A stretch of 64,000 nt of DNA, taken from Klebsormidium nitens (lineage: Eukaryota; Plantae; Klebsormidiophyceae). The translations under genes were made by a program, and so were the position numbers. The notes beneath the pieces were generated by a model. That model saw nothing but the letters and a program-made list of their open reading frames with translations, did not search any database and had not been told where the DNA came from. Where the stretch lies: NCBI GenBank assembly GCA_000708835.1, contig DF237133.1, positions 93,215 through 157,214 of the forward strand, read 5' to 3'. Within the stretch, counting starts at the first letter, position 1; every line of letters begins with the position of its first letter. Positions 24,701 to 36,818 of the stretch are shown here, one piece after another.

Positions 24701-27700
24701 CCATCGAAAAGTCGGTCCAGGATGCGCTGGTCAAAGGGGACGGGAACAAGGACCTCACACAGGTGTGGTGCTCAACCCGCTTTCAAAAACACTCCTTGTT
24801 TCAATTGCAAAGACTTCAGATGGTTTTCTGCTGCGAACGCTGCTCACCACATGACAGGTGAAACAACCGAAACAAAGTCTCATTCCATCAACTTTGCCCT
24901 TGAATGTTCTGTGATGCGACAGCCTTGGCCCCGCAAACAGAGTTTCGCAGAGCCGTCCCTTGGTTCAAAAGCCCTCGGACTTTTCCAATGTCCCGAAGGC
25001 CCAGTTTCGTTTCAGAAGTTCACCCCCTCGGTTTGGGCTTCACATCCGAGAAGGACGCCAAGCCGAAGGCGTGCCTGAGCCGGCTGCTGCGTGCATCTTA
25101 CTGATTACCAAGTTTTTCATTTCCATAGAGTAATATAGAATCGAAACCTCCCAAGATTTCAGCACTTGCAACCCTGAAAGCCAGAAGAACCCTGATGTTG
25201 CAGCTGGAGAAGGCGGTGGGCGCCAAGTTGGAGGCGTCCCTGAGCCGGCAGGTCCAGGCCCAGTTCCAGACTAGGCTCAAGGCGGCCCTTCAGTGGCTGC
25301 TGCGCACGTCATTCCCAAGCATTTCACGGGCGGAAATCTATTCTGAGTATGAATTCTAAGGCCCTAGAAACTCGCATTCGCAGCTGGAGAAGGCGGTGGG
25401 CGCCAAGCTGGAGGCCTCCCTCAGCCGGCAGGTGCAAGCCCAGTTCCAGACGACGCTCAAGGCGGCCCTCCAGGAGACGCTGCGCACGTCGTTCCAGGGC
25501 CTCCTGCTGCCGTCATTCGAGGCCGCCACGCGCGCCATGTTCGAGCAGATCGAGGGCGCGGTGCGGGGCGGCATGGCTGACCATGCACAGAACGCGCAGC
25601 ACGCGGGGGCGGCGGCCAATGGGGCGCTCGCGTCGACGCTCCAGGTTGGTGATTCTTCCTTCTCTGGGGGGGTTGGTCAGTAGACAAGGACGTTACTTTG
25701 CGTGAAGTGTTCTTGGGGTTCGAACCCTGGTTGTTTGGCTTGCCTATGCGACCTTTCGGTTCTGTTCTAACCCTGATTGGTCGCCCCTTTTACAGAACGT
25801 GGGCGTTGAAAATGCAGTTAGTGACTGGACGGCAGAAACACGGAGACTATGCATGGAAGGATCCTGAAATCTGGAAAATCTCAACAAAGAACGTTTGACA
25901 AGTCGTTAGAAGCCCTATATCTCTTCCTCTATAGGACACTATCACATCGGCCTCCGCCTTGGTGTCCACGCTACAGAGTGAGATTGCAGAGGGGCAGCGG
26001 AAGCTCGTCGCGCTGGCGGAGGCGTCAGGAAAGCAGCGCACGGCGAGCCTGACCAAGCAAGGAAATGGCGGACTGCCGGACGGGGCCATCAGCCTGCAGG
26101 TGGGGCCTATTTACACCCCTGCAAAGGGAAAAGGTTCACCTGGCCTTTTTCAAAATATGAGGAAGGAGGAGGCCGAGAGTAGCTTGATTGTTCACTCTTT
26201 AGGGGAAAACAGGGCCTCAGTACGGACTCTTGAATCCTGTCACCAAGACCTGACTTTGCTTGTGATCTAAAATCGCACTAGAGAAAATGTGACTCGGCTG
26301 ATTGTGGGACCCTTTCAAGCCCTGATTGGAGGATCACTTGCTTCTTCCAAGGCGGAGCAACCAGGCGAATGCGGTAGATGATACTCTAGTTTTGGGCACC
26401 AGGACAACCAAGAGGGGGCGCTTATCGCCAAGATTGCACGCTTTTAAGAAGCTCGCACCTTTCCCATATTGAGCGCGCCTTGCTTAGCGTGTGAAGGAAC
26501 GCCTATAGTGTAGCTCGGTTTCAGAGCTCGATCAAAGCGCTGGATTTTGAAATTGCAAACCCCTGCTTGCAGCACGTGGAGGAGAGCCTGAAGATTAGTT
26601 CAGTAGTGTGACTTCGCTTAAGAATACTCGAACAACCTGAGCGCTGAAACCCTTTTTTAAATCCCCGATCCCCCAAACCCTGCTTGCAGCACGTGGAGGA
26701 GAGCCTTTCACTAATGTGACTTAAAACATACCTTGAATGCCCTTAAGCGCCGGAACCCTTTTTCCAAACCCTCCTGATTCCCAACCCCTGCTTGCAGCAC
26801 GTGGAGGAGAGCCTGGACCCGACCAAGGAGCTGTCGCGGCTGCTGGCGGGCGGCAAGTACGAGGAGGCCTTCCTCAAGGCGCTCAACGCGTTCGACGTGC
26901 CCATGGTCACCTGGCTCTGCAACCAGGTGCGCAGTCCTTCTGTATACCGCACCCTCTCGAACCCCCTCAGAGTGTTTGTTCCCATTCTGAATGAGCGTAT
27001 CGGAAGCAAGAAAGCGGGCTTTGACGGAGCCCATACTCCGCAATTTGCACACGAGCCATGTTCTGGTGCGTCCCTGATTGACCAGCATCAATTTCAAAGT
27101 CGAGGTCAAGCTTCGCATCAAGCGGAGCCAAGAGTCTCATTGCAGCCGCTTCTTCGCTGACAAGAAGGTGTTGACCGAGTATGCGGCAGCAAGAGTAGAT
27201 GAGTGATAATACACCAACCTCCGGCAGCAATCCACTGGGGTGTATCTGCCCATACTGAGAAGGTGGAAAGCCTGCAGATCCGGCGACTGCTTATCGGATT
27301 TATATTATTGGCCCTCAGGTTGACCCCAACGCGATCTTTGCGAGCCACCCGCTGCCGTTGAGCCAGGGCGTGCTGCTCTGGCTCGTGTCGCAGCTCGGCA
27401 GCGAGCTCGCCAAGGACACCTCCAAGAAGCTGGTGAGCCGCCACGTGGCACTTCCGGGTTGGATGTCGTGGTCGAGGCTATCGTTCTTTTCTGCCCATGT
27501 GCGCACTTTAGGAGGCCAACGCAAGTCCAGATACGTTGTTCTTCTTTTCAAATGACGCGATGCCAAGCCGGCCTCTGAGGATGTCAGTAAGCATTATGCA
27601 TGGCTGTGTAGTCTTGGCTGTCTTTAGAATCGCTTGAACCCCTGTGACGCTTTACGAAGTTTTGACAAATAAAGGAGGCATACACGAAGCATTGGTTTGT

Positions 27701-28344
27701 TTATGGTCCGCAGCTCCTAAGGTTCGATGTAACAGACGGGCGAGAGACTGACCAGTTGCATTCGGGCCCCCAGGATTGGATCAGCCAGGCCGTGCTGGCA
27801 ATCAACCCGGAGGACCCGCTGCTCGCGCCGCACATGCGCCCTTACCTGGAGCAGGCAAGCCGCTTGTGCAGATTTGCAGCGCTTCTTGGAAGTCTTTGCT
27901 TCAGCTTCGGATGAGTAAAAATCTTTCCGACTTCTAGCGTACTGGAGCAGAGTCGTCTCCCCGGGATCAATCTATTCGTTCCTTGTTCCCACTACGAGTC
28001 TCGCTGTGACGTGCACTGCTTTGTAAAGCCGTTTAGCGGTGTCGTGGGCCTTACGCTTGATGAGAAGATGTCCCTGGCGGCCCGTTTTGGGTTCCTCCTG
28101 TGAGTCTCAAAGAAATGGGCGGAAAGTGTTTCCACACGGGCTGTGCCTAGGTGCCTAGCCTAGATCCCAAAGTACCGGGACTTGCAATTGAGTCGCTCAT
28201 TTCTGAATCAATTAGCTCCCGGTCTTACAGCTGTACCAGAGCCTGCACGCCCAGCTGCAGGCCGTGCCGTCTGGCGGCGATGTGTCTCGCTCTTTGCGGA
28301 CAATAATCCACGTTGTCAACTCGCTTTTGACCTCGTGCAAGTAG
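18777..28344 (+). CDS. VCS: VARICOSE / enhancer of mRNA decapping 4 (EDC4/Ge-1), 13 exons (18777-19634, 19932-19981, 20358-20496, 20825-21295, 21720-21968, 22455-24116, 24643-24762, 25384-25644, 25935-26099, 26798-26926, 27319-27432, 27774-27854, 28231-28344), ~1470 aa
   Basis: Pro/Gln-rich N-terminus; WD40 propeller (GREIAVNRNYICYG, SASRDGRVKVW, ANREIKLW, FDYLAEF); low-complexity linker; helical C-terminus (LDPTKELSRLL, YEEAFLKAL, LSQGVLLWLVSQL, IHVVNSLLTSCK*) typical of plant VCS. Exons sum to 4413 nt in frame. Confidence 0.95.
24272..24322 (+). repeat. Intronic partial copy of the 3' end of VCS exon 6, including its donor site
   Basis: TCACGGGGGCGCTCAGCCGGGAGCTCCCGGCGCTCGCCGAGAAG|GTGGG versus TCACGGGGGCGCTCAGCCGTGACCTCCCGGCACTTGTTGAGAAG|GTGGG at 24073-24121. 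Confidence 0.85.
25200..25320 (+). repeat. Intronic partial copy of the acceptor and first ~115 nt of VCS exon 8
   Basis: GCAG|CTGGAGAAGGCGGTGGGCGCCAAGTTGGAGGCGTCCCTGAGCCGGCAGGTCCAGGCCCAGTTCCAGAC... is nearly identical to the start of the exon at 25384. Confidence 0.9.
26555..26820 (+). repeat. Three ~110-bp tandem units, each ending in the VCS exon 10 acceptor plus ~17 exon nt
   Basis: CCCTGCTTGCAG|CACGTGGAGGAGAGCCT occurs at ~26561, ~26678 and ~26786 (the real exon). Confidence 0.9.
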
Positions 28345-29795
28345 GGTGGGTAATCGGAGGTGGCGGAAAAGAGCGTCCGCGGAGGATGATTGGATAGTTG
28401 GTAAGGAAGTGGTTAGTGAAGGCTTGCGGGCGCGTTAAGGGGACCAACATTTGGTGAGATGGGGATGAGAGGCTAGGCGAGTAATGAGGGCCGTGTCTGA
28501 GACAAACTGGTGGAAGGGCTAGAGAAGGTGGACATGACGAGGTTTGCGCTGTAAGCGGATGATGCAGTAGGTGCGTAAGACGGCCAGGTGACGAGAATTG
28601 AAACCGAAAACGGAGCGTACATTTGTGGGCGGCCGTCTTATGCACCTCAAGCCGTCTGCTCGGATGCTTCATGCAGTGGATTATGGTCACGTTGTCCTTG
28701 ATGGCTGAAAATCTCGTCAAGGGGAAGGCGAATGTTGAAGATCTTGGAGTTCGCTCTTGCTTGACAAGATAATGCATTTCGTTCACACCCTCGAATGCGG
28801 AAATGATAATTTAGCAGATATTTAGATCGATATGTCGACGTCCTACCACTAGCTTGATTAGTTTCTAAAGAAACAGCAGGTAGACTTAGTGAATCTAGCC
28901 ATGATTTCCACCGTCAAAATCAACCGTCAAAATTACATGATGGATCCTTGGAGTATACATGCTTGTTGCGAGCCTGTTGACAACAAAGTACGCTACCGTC
29001 AAAGAGACGGTATAGCGCTAGGACAAATTCAGGTGCTTGTGTGTGGGGGTATTACGAATGTTCGAACGGTAGTGCTTTTGAATCATGATGCATGTGGGCA
29101 AATGGGGGCTGCATGCCAGCTAGTGATGGTCTCCGTACGAATTGTCTGCCAGCATTGCAATCGATCAACGGATTGGCGGCCCGAGCTCAGGAGGGGGGGG
29201 GGGTGCGGGGGGGGCGCAGCCCCCCCGCGTTCTGCCAAATTGAGCGGGGGGCAAAAAAGGGTTGCTTGAAAGAAAGAATTGTCCTATGAAAAGGTGTCCG
29301 CAGTCAAAAGGGCTGTGTGTTTTCATCCAGGCTCGAACTGGAGACCTTTCGCGATCAACCGAAGCTGTGACTGCCTCGATGTTAGGCGAATGTGATAACC
29401 AACTACACCATGAAAACGCGGATGCCACAACGGGCAACTAGGAAAATATAAAGCAATCAAAACACACTCACTTCTTGCACCCTTTCTCGGGATGGATCTC
29501 CGCCCACCCTTTTGGCCTGAAGAACGGGGCCCCCCGTACCCCCCCGCCGGTGCCCCGGGCACTGGCCCATTATGATGGAGTCATGCAACCACTTGCTAGC
29601 TGGATGATGGCCTCACAGAGTCACACTAGCTCAGGCTGTGACTCGACATTCCTTGGATGATGGCCGCTGTCGCATTCTCCAGCAAGCTGACGGTCATTGC
29701 ATCCGCAGCCCTGTGCGGGGCTGCCCCTTTCTCTGACTTTTGGATTTGAAAGCTGGGCGCACTTCAGGATCACTTGGGGCTGAGGAGTCCCCGCA

Positions 29796-32700
29796 ATGAG
29801 CCACAACGACTCGGGCTCTCTGGGCCGGCTCGAGCGCGGGGACCGGCGGCGCAACAGCATCGGGGGCCTCAGCGGCGCGTCCTTCCCCGCCAGCGAGACG
29901 GACGACTCCGCGGGGATCGCTTCCAGCGCCCCCCCGCGCCCGAGCCACCGCCGCGAGGCCTCGGAAGGGGGGGCGCTGCGCTCGCGCCTGTCTCTGGATT
30001 CCACGTGGAGCGAGCTCCAACCCCTGGAAGAGAACGGCGCCTCGATAAGCGGGGCGGGCAGCAATGCGGACACGCCCACGAGCAACTTTGCTGCCAGTTT
30101 TGGGAAATCCTCCCCCCTGGAGGGAATGCTGTTCCGGTCACCCTCGGAGCGGCGAAGGGACTCGTTCGACCTGGCGTCGCCAGACTTTGCGGCCCGCTTG
30201 ATGAGGCGGGAGTCAATAGATGCGGGGACGGCCCCCCCTGATCTGGGCGGGGGGGGGCCGAGGCAGGCGGTGAAACGGTCGAGGAGCAGCGTGTCGATCC
30301 AGGTGCCTCCAGAGTTGCTGGCACAGTTTACGCCCCCGCCAAGCAGCTACCCCTCCCCCGCAATGGTGAGCTTTCTCTCTAAGTCCAGTTTCTTCATGCC
30401 TGAGCTCAGATCTAAGACCAGAGACTAGCTGTTTTTGGCTGCAATCTGGTCGACAATTTCCAGCTCACATAAGCTTCTTGGGGTGCATTACGCATAAAGA
30501 TGCAAGGTTGGACGGATGCTCTTGGCAATCGGAGGGTTTGCGGCAATTGCGTAAGATCTGTCGGGACGTCGCCGCTGAACAAGCAACACTCACGTGAGGA
30601 ATGTGGGATTTTGTTGAAGGGATTGCCAGTTGTGACTGGTCGCCGTTTGCTATGACGTGCTAAGATGGTGGGCATATAATTGCACGACATACCTTCGGAA
30701 GCTGACAAGGTCGTGTAGACGTTGAGCTCAGCAACACGATGTGACCAGATCAGGGTGCGATTGTATGGTGCCACTGAGTTAAACATCAGGCCAAAGCTCT
30801 GGGAAGCTGCATCTAGCATAAGCTGGCCTATTATGGCAGTCGGCGGGGGAGTGTTCTTTGAGATAGATGGACGCAGCAGAACCAGGCAGAGCAAATTTTT
30901 CTGGTGCTCTGTTTGAGGTGCAGCCTGATGTGAGTTGGTCGGTCACTTGGTTGACATTAGTCCTGCTCTGCTCTATTGGCTGTCCAGGAGAACGCTCACC
31001 TCATATTTTGACCTCTACTGAGCTGAGGGAGGTTCATTTGTTATGCTCACCAGGGGCAGAAAGCATCTCTTATTCAGCATACTAAAGTGTATGCAAATCC
31101 CCATTTAGGAAGGTGTAGGACTGTAGGTGCCCATCTAGCCTACCACTCAAGCTTTTACGGCTTCTTTGCGCCTGCCAAGTTTCTTTAAAGAGTTGCATCA
31201 GCTCCTTGCCCCAATTCACCGGGCGTTATCTGCTTGTTGCCTTTCTGTCTTTCCCGTTAAGCCCAATTCATCCTCTGTCTTCTTATGTAAGCTCATTGCT
31301 TATATGAGGCTATACGCGTGGCTGCAGATGGGGCCCTCCCCTCCAGGCACGTCGCCCTCCCCAGAATCGAAGGAGCGAACGCGTAAGCTATGGCTCATGG
31401 TAATATGCGCCGGAGGCATATACACGTGCTACATAACTTATGGCCTCCAGCAAGAAAAGCTGTAAGCGTTTCCGCTCTGCTCCTGTTCCTTGAAGCTCGC
31501 GTATTTAGGAGTGCTTGCGGTGCATCCGAAAACCGTCACAACGCCATTGAGATATTTGAAATAAGGCAGAGCCGTTGGCTTTGATAAGACTCCTCAAGCC
31601 CATCCAAACCACTTCCATCGAGTGGTTGCCGATCATCTCAGAAATTCTGGCTTGCGGGCAGTCCACCACGTTTCTGAATATCAGGGGGTTTGCGGGCAAC
31701 TGAAAGAACAAGTGCGCCTCGCTGTGTCTGCCTTTGCAAGGACTTGTTGAAAGAAAGAATGTAATATCTGCAGATCCTCGGAAGTATTCAGAGCAGAGAG
31801 GGAGTGTACTTTGGTCTCCATACCCTGGTTAGCTCAAGGCCACGATAACGATTCGCCAATACAGCCAGGTCCAAGGAAACGACCACATATTTTCCAGCGA
31901 TCAAGGGATCATCAAACAGCGAATGGGGACAACGAGATTCTATTGACTTTTTCAGATACACACAAGAAATTGTCAGATACGCAGTGACAGAGTATTCATT
32001 AACCAGAGTCGAGTTCAGCAGGTCTTCATGGAGTCTTGCAATTTCTGGCGCAGGTATACGACTGATTATTCAGAAGGACTGGGAGAGTACTTTGAGTACA
32101 CCCTCGTACTCGTCTTCATTCAGTGCATATTTAACGTCCTATTCTCCTTGATCAGTGAGTCGCCCTTGTCATCCTCTTGAGGTTTCTCATTGTTCGATTA
32201 GCGAGCGATCTGGCGACCTGCCTTGATGACACCGCCTCGTTGATCTCGTTTTATCTTGTCAGTGACTTGCATGCTTTACTCCTTGCGAACTGTAGTCTGA
32301 CGTACTTTTGCTGATCAGTATTCCGACTTCTCACTGGTTTCCTGTTGCAACTTTGCGTTGCTTGTCAGCTGAGACAATTGTCTAGTTGCTAGGAGAGAAG
32401 TCGCCCACTTCCAGTGTCGAGGGACTGGGGGCTCTTTAGTTGTTGCTCGCGAATCACCAAAGCAGCATCGTCATGAGGGAACGCCTCCGACGTTTTCTTT
32501 GGTCAATTGAACGATTTGTTTTCCTTATCTGCATACACTACGAATTGCTCGCGTCACTCGTCCATTGTGCCTCTCCTCGATCTTGTGTACTGGTCCAGGG
32601 AATATATCCCCGCGCCTCCGAGCTTTCCTGTGCTGACTTCCATCCGACCGAACGCTGACGTCACCCATCCTGCTTCTTTCCTCAGTCATGTTAGCCCAAG

Positions 32701-35700
32701 GCTTCGACCCCCGTGCCTCACAGCACCGGACCAAAGTCAAAGTCTTCACCGACTTCGCCCCCACGTCCTTCGCTTATATCTCCGCCACAATATGCTCCAA
32801 CGCCGCCCTACAGTACCTCAGCTATCCTACACAGGTGAGACTAATCTTCTGCACGCTTCATTTCTTTGGTACTGAGCCCTAGGTCTGCCTACATGTGTCA
32901 CGATTCTGCTTTGATCTACTTCATTGTGCTTCATACCGCCTTGCACCAATCTTAGCTACTCCACGCCTGTGCGCGTTTGGCTGATTTAATTTCCGATGGC
33001 TGTCCACGTGTCCTCCACGTCATGGAATCTTTTCTACTTGTTTCTGAGCTCGTAAGCTTCCCAGGACGTCGCTCTCTGGATTGCGGTTACTGACGCGAAA
33101 GGGCCTCGTCGGAGTCCCACTCAAAAACGAGAAAGCCAAAGGCGAATCCCTGAGATTCATTCGGTTGGCCTGTGATTGGCCCGGCAGGACGTTGCCGTCC
33201 CAGTCTCTTGTCGATACTGGATTCGGTTTGAATGCTGATTGAGGGGGCTCTTCCCATGCAGGTTTTGGGGAAGTCCGTCAAGATGATACCCGGTGAGTGG
33301 CTCTTGTTCCCCCTTTCCGCTGTTTTGATGTGCGTAGAATTGAACAGGTTTTGCCAACGGAGGTGAATTACTCCCCACTCAGCTGACTCCCCAATTCGGC
33401 CTGCTGCATCCCTTAAAGACCCAATCAGATCTGTTTTCGCACCGCTAGGCATCGGGGCTGTATTTGGGTTTGAAAATCACACCGATCCTCGTCTTTCTGC
33501 AGTTATGCTCTTCGGTGTGTTTTACAACCGGATTCGATACAGATGGACCGAGTACTTTTGCGTGCTTCTGGTCAGCGGGGGTATTGGGCTCTTCTTCCTG
33601 TCCAATAAGGTGAGCGTCATATCTATCTCCCCCAGACCGTCTGGATTTTTCATAATTTGTTACGGTAGGTACAGGCGAAGAAGTTAGAGGGACTAACAGC
33701 GGATTATTGGACGTGGAAAATGCACATTTGGACACAGTTGATCTCGCTTGGAAGCCTCAGAAAAACTGCAGACGAACTGTCAGGTCGCAGTCGGTGGACG
33801 AGACTACCATCACATTAAACGACCCTTTTGCGCGTTAAGGAAGAACATCGCAGGTCAACGGAAGTTTCTCCAGACCTTCCACTCGTCTTCCAGCCGACAG
33901 AAACACGCTGAGCGATTCGACCGGCTCCGTGTCTTGACACTACGCCTTACCATAAGCCAAGGAAAAGAACAGATTGGCATCCACAGTGTCGTGAGCACTA
34001 ACTCTTCGCGAACATCTTCGTTCAAACCACAACCTGGATACCGAGTCACCCGTTGTTGACACCACGCCTTTCCTCAGGTCAAGGAAGGAGACGAGGAGGC
34101 CAGCCATAGTGTCAAGGGGCAGCTCCTGGGGCAGCTGCTGCTGATCGCGTCGCTAGTGCTGGACGGTGTCACGGGGGCTACGCAGGATCGCATGGTGGCC
34201 AAACATTTGCCGTCTTCGCTCGAGCTGATGTTCTTCCAGAATTTGTGGGGGGCCATCCTCACGTTCTTTGGTGAGTACCTCAGAAATTTTAAACACCCTG
34301 GTAATGTAATTGAATCACATAAGATCATCAGAGTCCGAAAACTCAATCCTTGAGACACTTCGGTTCTGCCATCGGTGCTCGAGGACATGTTCTGGCATTC
34401 CCTGTGAGGCAATCATTTCACGTTTTTTGGTGACGCACTCAAGGATTCCGTTTATCCTCAGAAAGCCTGACTGCTGAGTTCCGAACCCGAACTTTCTCGA
34501 GTACCAGTAGCCCAATCTGACTCTAGCTGTGACGCTGATACGCTCGACGCTTCCCATCCGTTTCGGCCGATGCGGATCCTAAACGTTGTTGCTTTCTGGC
34601 TTACTTTCACACGAGGCACGGGCCCTCCGCTTGCAAATCAGATATGCACGCCTTTTTTTGGAGTCCCCAGTAGTCGGATGCGTTGAAATAAAGAACAGAT
34701 GCCGGTGCAGTCCGGTACTTACAATCGAGCGGATACTGGAGATCTGGGATGAAAGGTGGTGTTGAGAGGCTGGGCGCCGCAACGGCTGGACGTCTCCGGC
34801 AGTGTCTCTTCGAGATTCTCGAGCTTCTTCATTGCCGCCGATCTCAACCGTGGTTCCTCTAGGACTTGAGATTCCGAGACTTGCAAAGCTCAGAGCTTCC
34901 TGAAACCTGTTAAGCACCGAGTTTTTGGCTTGTGCTTCCCCATAGGATCTGCTTTCATTGACCCATGCTGCATGCCTCCTGTTCACGGGTCTGCTTCTTA
35001 CGTACCCCCTGCGTCCTCTGCAGCCTTGCTGTCGTCCGGGGAGTTCTTCCGGGGCGTGGCGTATTTATTGCGGTACCGCGTCGTGTTGCTGGACGTGACC
35101 GTTTTTTCCCTCACGAGCGCCGCCGGCCAGGTGAGCGTGTCTAGATGCTTGGACGGTTGACTTCAAAGAACCAATGCCTGGACCCCAAATCTGAAAAGTA
35201 GACCCTGAACTCAAACCAATCAGCTCGATCTTCAACAAACAGACCGTAAACGCCTTCAACACCTGAGAAAAAGTCTTCCTGTTGCAATACGACCATGGCC
35301 AAAGGAAACTTTTGTCGGCGAATCACTGTCTGCGTCGAATAATTGGAGGAGTCACGCTGCGCATATGCATGAGAATGCCAGTACAATGTTGGCTTCGTAT
35401 GACTGGTGCGACTGGACGCAAGTGCTGTCTACTCTGCACTGTGCTGGCTAGCTTCGTTGTGCTCTTTCGCAGCATGCTTGACAGAAAGGAAGAAAGTTCG
35501 AAAAACAGCTTGCACCTGCTTGTTCCTTTTATCAAGATAGAAACCATGCCTTGAGCACAGCAGAAATGGAGGCACTATTGCCCAGGGTACTTCCCATGGA
35601 CCAGTGACTAAGTTATCTCAACGGCGTTCCTCTCCGCTGTGCCAGTCCGTGTCTGACCACGGACATGGACTCTTTTGTTGCAGTTCTTCATCTTTCTGTG

Positions 35701-36708
35701 CATACGACACTTCGACGCCCTCTTCTGTGCGACCGTGACAACGACCCGCAAGTTTTTTACAATCTTAGGTGAGCCTTGTCCGAGTCGGTTGGAAAAATAG
35801 ACGGTCCCAGAATCCGGTTGTTGGAAGCTGCGACTTGTTGACAGCCGATTGTAACGCGGCCAAAGCAAGGATAAAAGTGCTTACGCGGACTAAAAGTCAG
35901 TTCTGAACAAGTGTTGTAGGGAACATCAAATTTCGACTTGCTTTCATGGAGACCGCCCACAAAGTTAAGCTGGTTCGACCGAGCTGGAGGGCTTCGTTCA
36001 GTCTATGCCGGCTGTTCGAATGGCGCCTCGATCTCGTTGTCTGCCAAGGCGAGAAGCGACCACCGATGCAGTTTTCCGGCTCGCACGAAGCTTTGGGAAC
36101 CCGGGAAAAAGGTCGAACTTAATCAGCCCGTAAACCCTGTCCGCAGCGTCCGTCGGGTGATACGGGCACCATTTGACGTCGTCCCACTGGCTGGGCGTGG
36201 TCTGCATACAATGCGCCCAGAAAAGCTCAAATCAATCAAAACTCTCTTCGCCAACAAAGAAATGATCGACAATTAGTTCCTTCATACCTTCCCTAGCGTC
36301 GGTCATGTGGTACGGGCATCATTGACGGCGTCCCACTGGCTGGGCGCGCTCTGCAAACACTGCGCCCAGAAGGTGCAAACCAGTCGAGACCCCCCTTCCC
36401 CAACAAACGATAAAAGCGATAAGAAATCAAACAAATCCCAATCTTGCTCCGCAGCGTCTGTTGTGTGGTACGGGCACCACCTGACGTCGTCCCACTGGCT
36501 GGGCGTGCTGATGGTCTTTGGCGGGCTGCTGGGCAAGATCTACGGCCAGAGCAGCAGCGGCGCGAGCAAGCTGCAGCCGGCCGCGGTCAACATCCGCAAG
36601 TCGCGCAAGTCGGACCCCCTCTCGCGCACGCAGTCCGCGACGCCCGGGGCGCTCACCACGCCGGAGTTCCTGCGGAAATTCAAGTCGCTGGCGGACCCCA
36701 AGAGTTGA
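29796..36708 (+). CDS. SLC35B1: ER nucleotide-sugar/ATP transporter, SLC35B1 / plant UTR1-UTR3-like (UAA family), 10 exons (29796-30365, 31328-31461, 32054-32154, 32686-32834, 33262-33292, 33503-33609, 34078-34270, 35024-35130, 35684-35768, 36455-36708), ~576 aa
   Basis: GIYTCYITYGLQQEKL, LVFIQCIFN, SNAALQYLSYPTQVLGKSVKMIPVM, SLVLDGVTGATQD, MFFQNLW, GQFFIF and TVTTTRKFFTILASV are family motifs. Exons sum to 1731 nt in frame. Linkage of exon 1 is inferred from phase. Confidence 0.92.
36135..36510 (+). repeat. Three ~155-bp tandem units carrying the acceptor and first ~55 nt of the transporter's last exon
   Basis: AG|CGTC...TACGGGCA...TGAC..CGTCCCACTGGCTGGGCG starts at 36147, 36297 and 36455 (the real exon). 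Confidence 0.9.
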
Positions 36709-36727
36709 AGAAAAAGGGTCTGGGATT

Positions 36728-36818
36728 TGGGGTCTGGGGTCTGGGGTCTGGGGTCTGGGGTCTGGGGTCTGGGGTCTGGGGTCCGGGGTCCGGGGTCCGG
36801 GGTCTGGGGTCTGGGGAC
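36728..36818 (+). repeat. (YGGGGTC)13 7-mer microsatellite, 20 nt downstream of the transporter stop codon
   Basis: Direct count: 8x TGGGGTC, 3x CGGGGTC, 1x TGGGGTC, 1x TGGGGAC. Confidence 0.97.

Noticed and set aside
25712-25732. GGGGTTCGAACCCTGG, a tRNA T-loop/B-box-like motif
   Set aside because: No cloverleaf or A-box context.
26555-36510. Repeat-spacer-like arrays (26555-26820, 36135-36510) superficially resembling CRISPR
   Set aside because: The repeats are exon-edge copies in a eukaryotic intron, the spacers are related to each other, and there are no cas genes.
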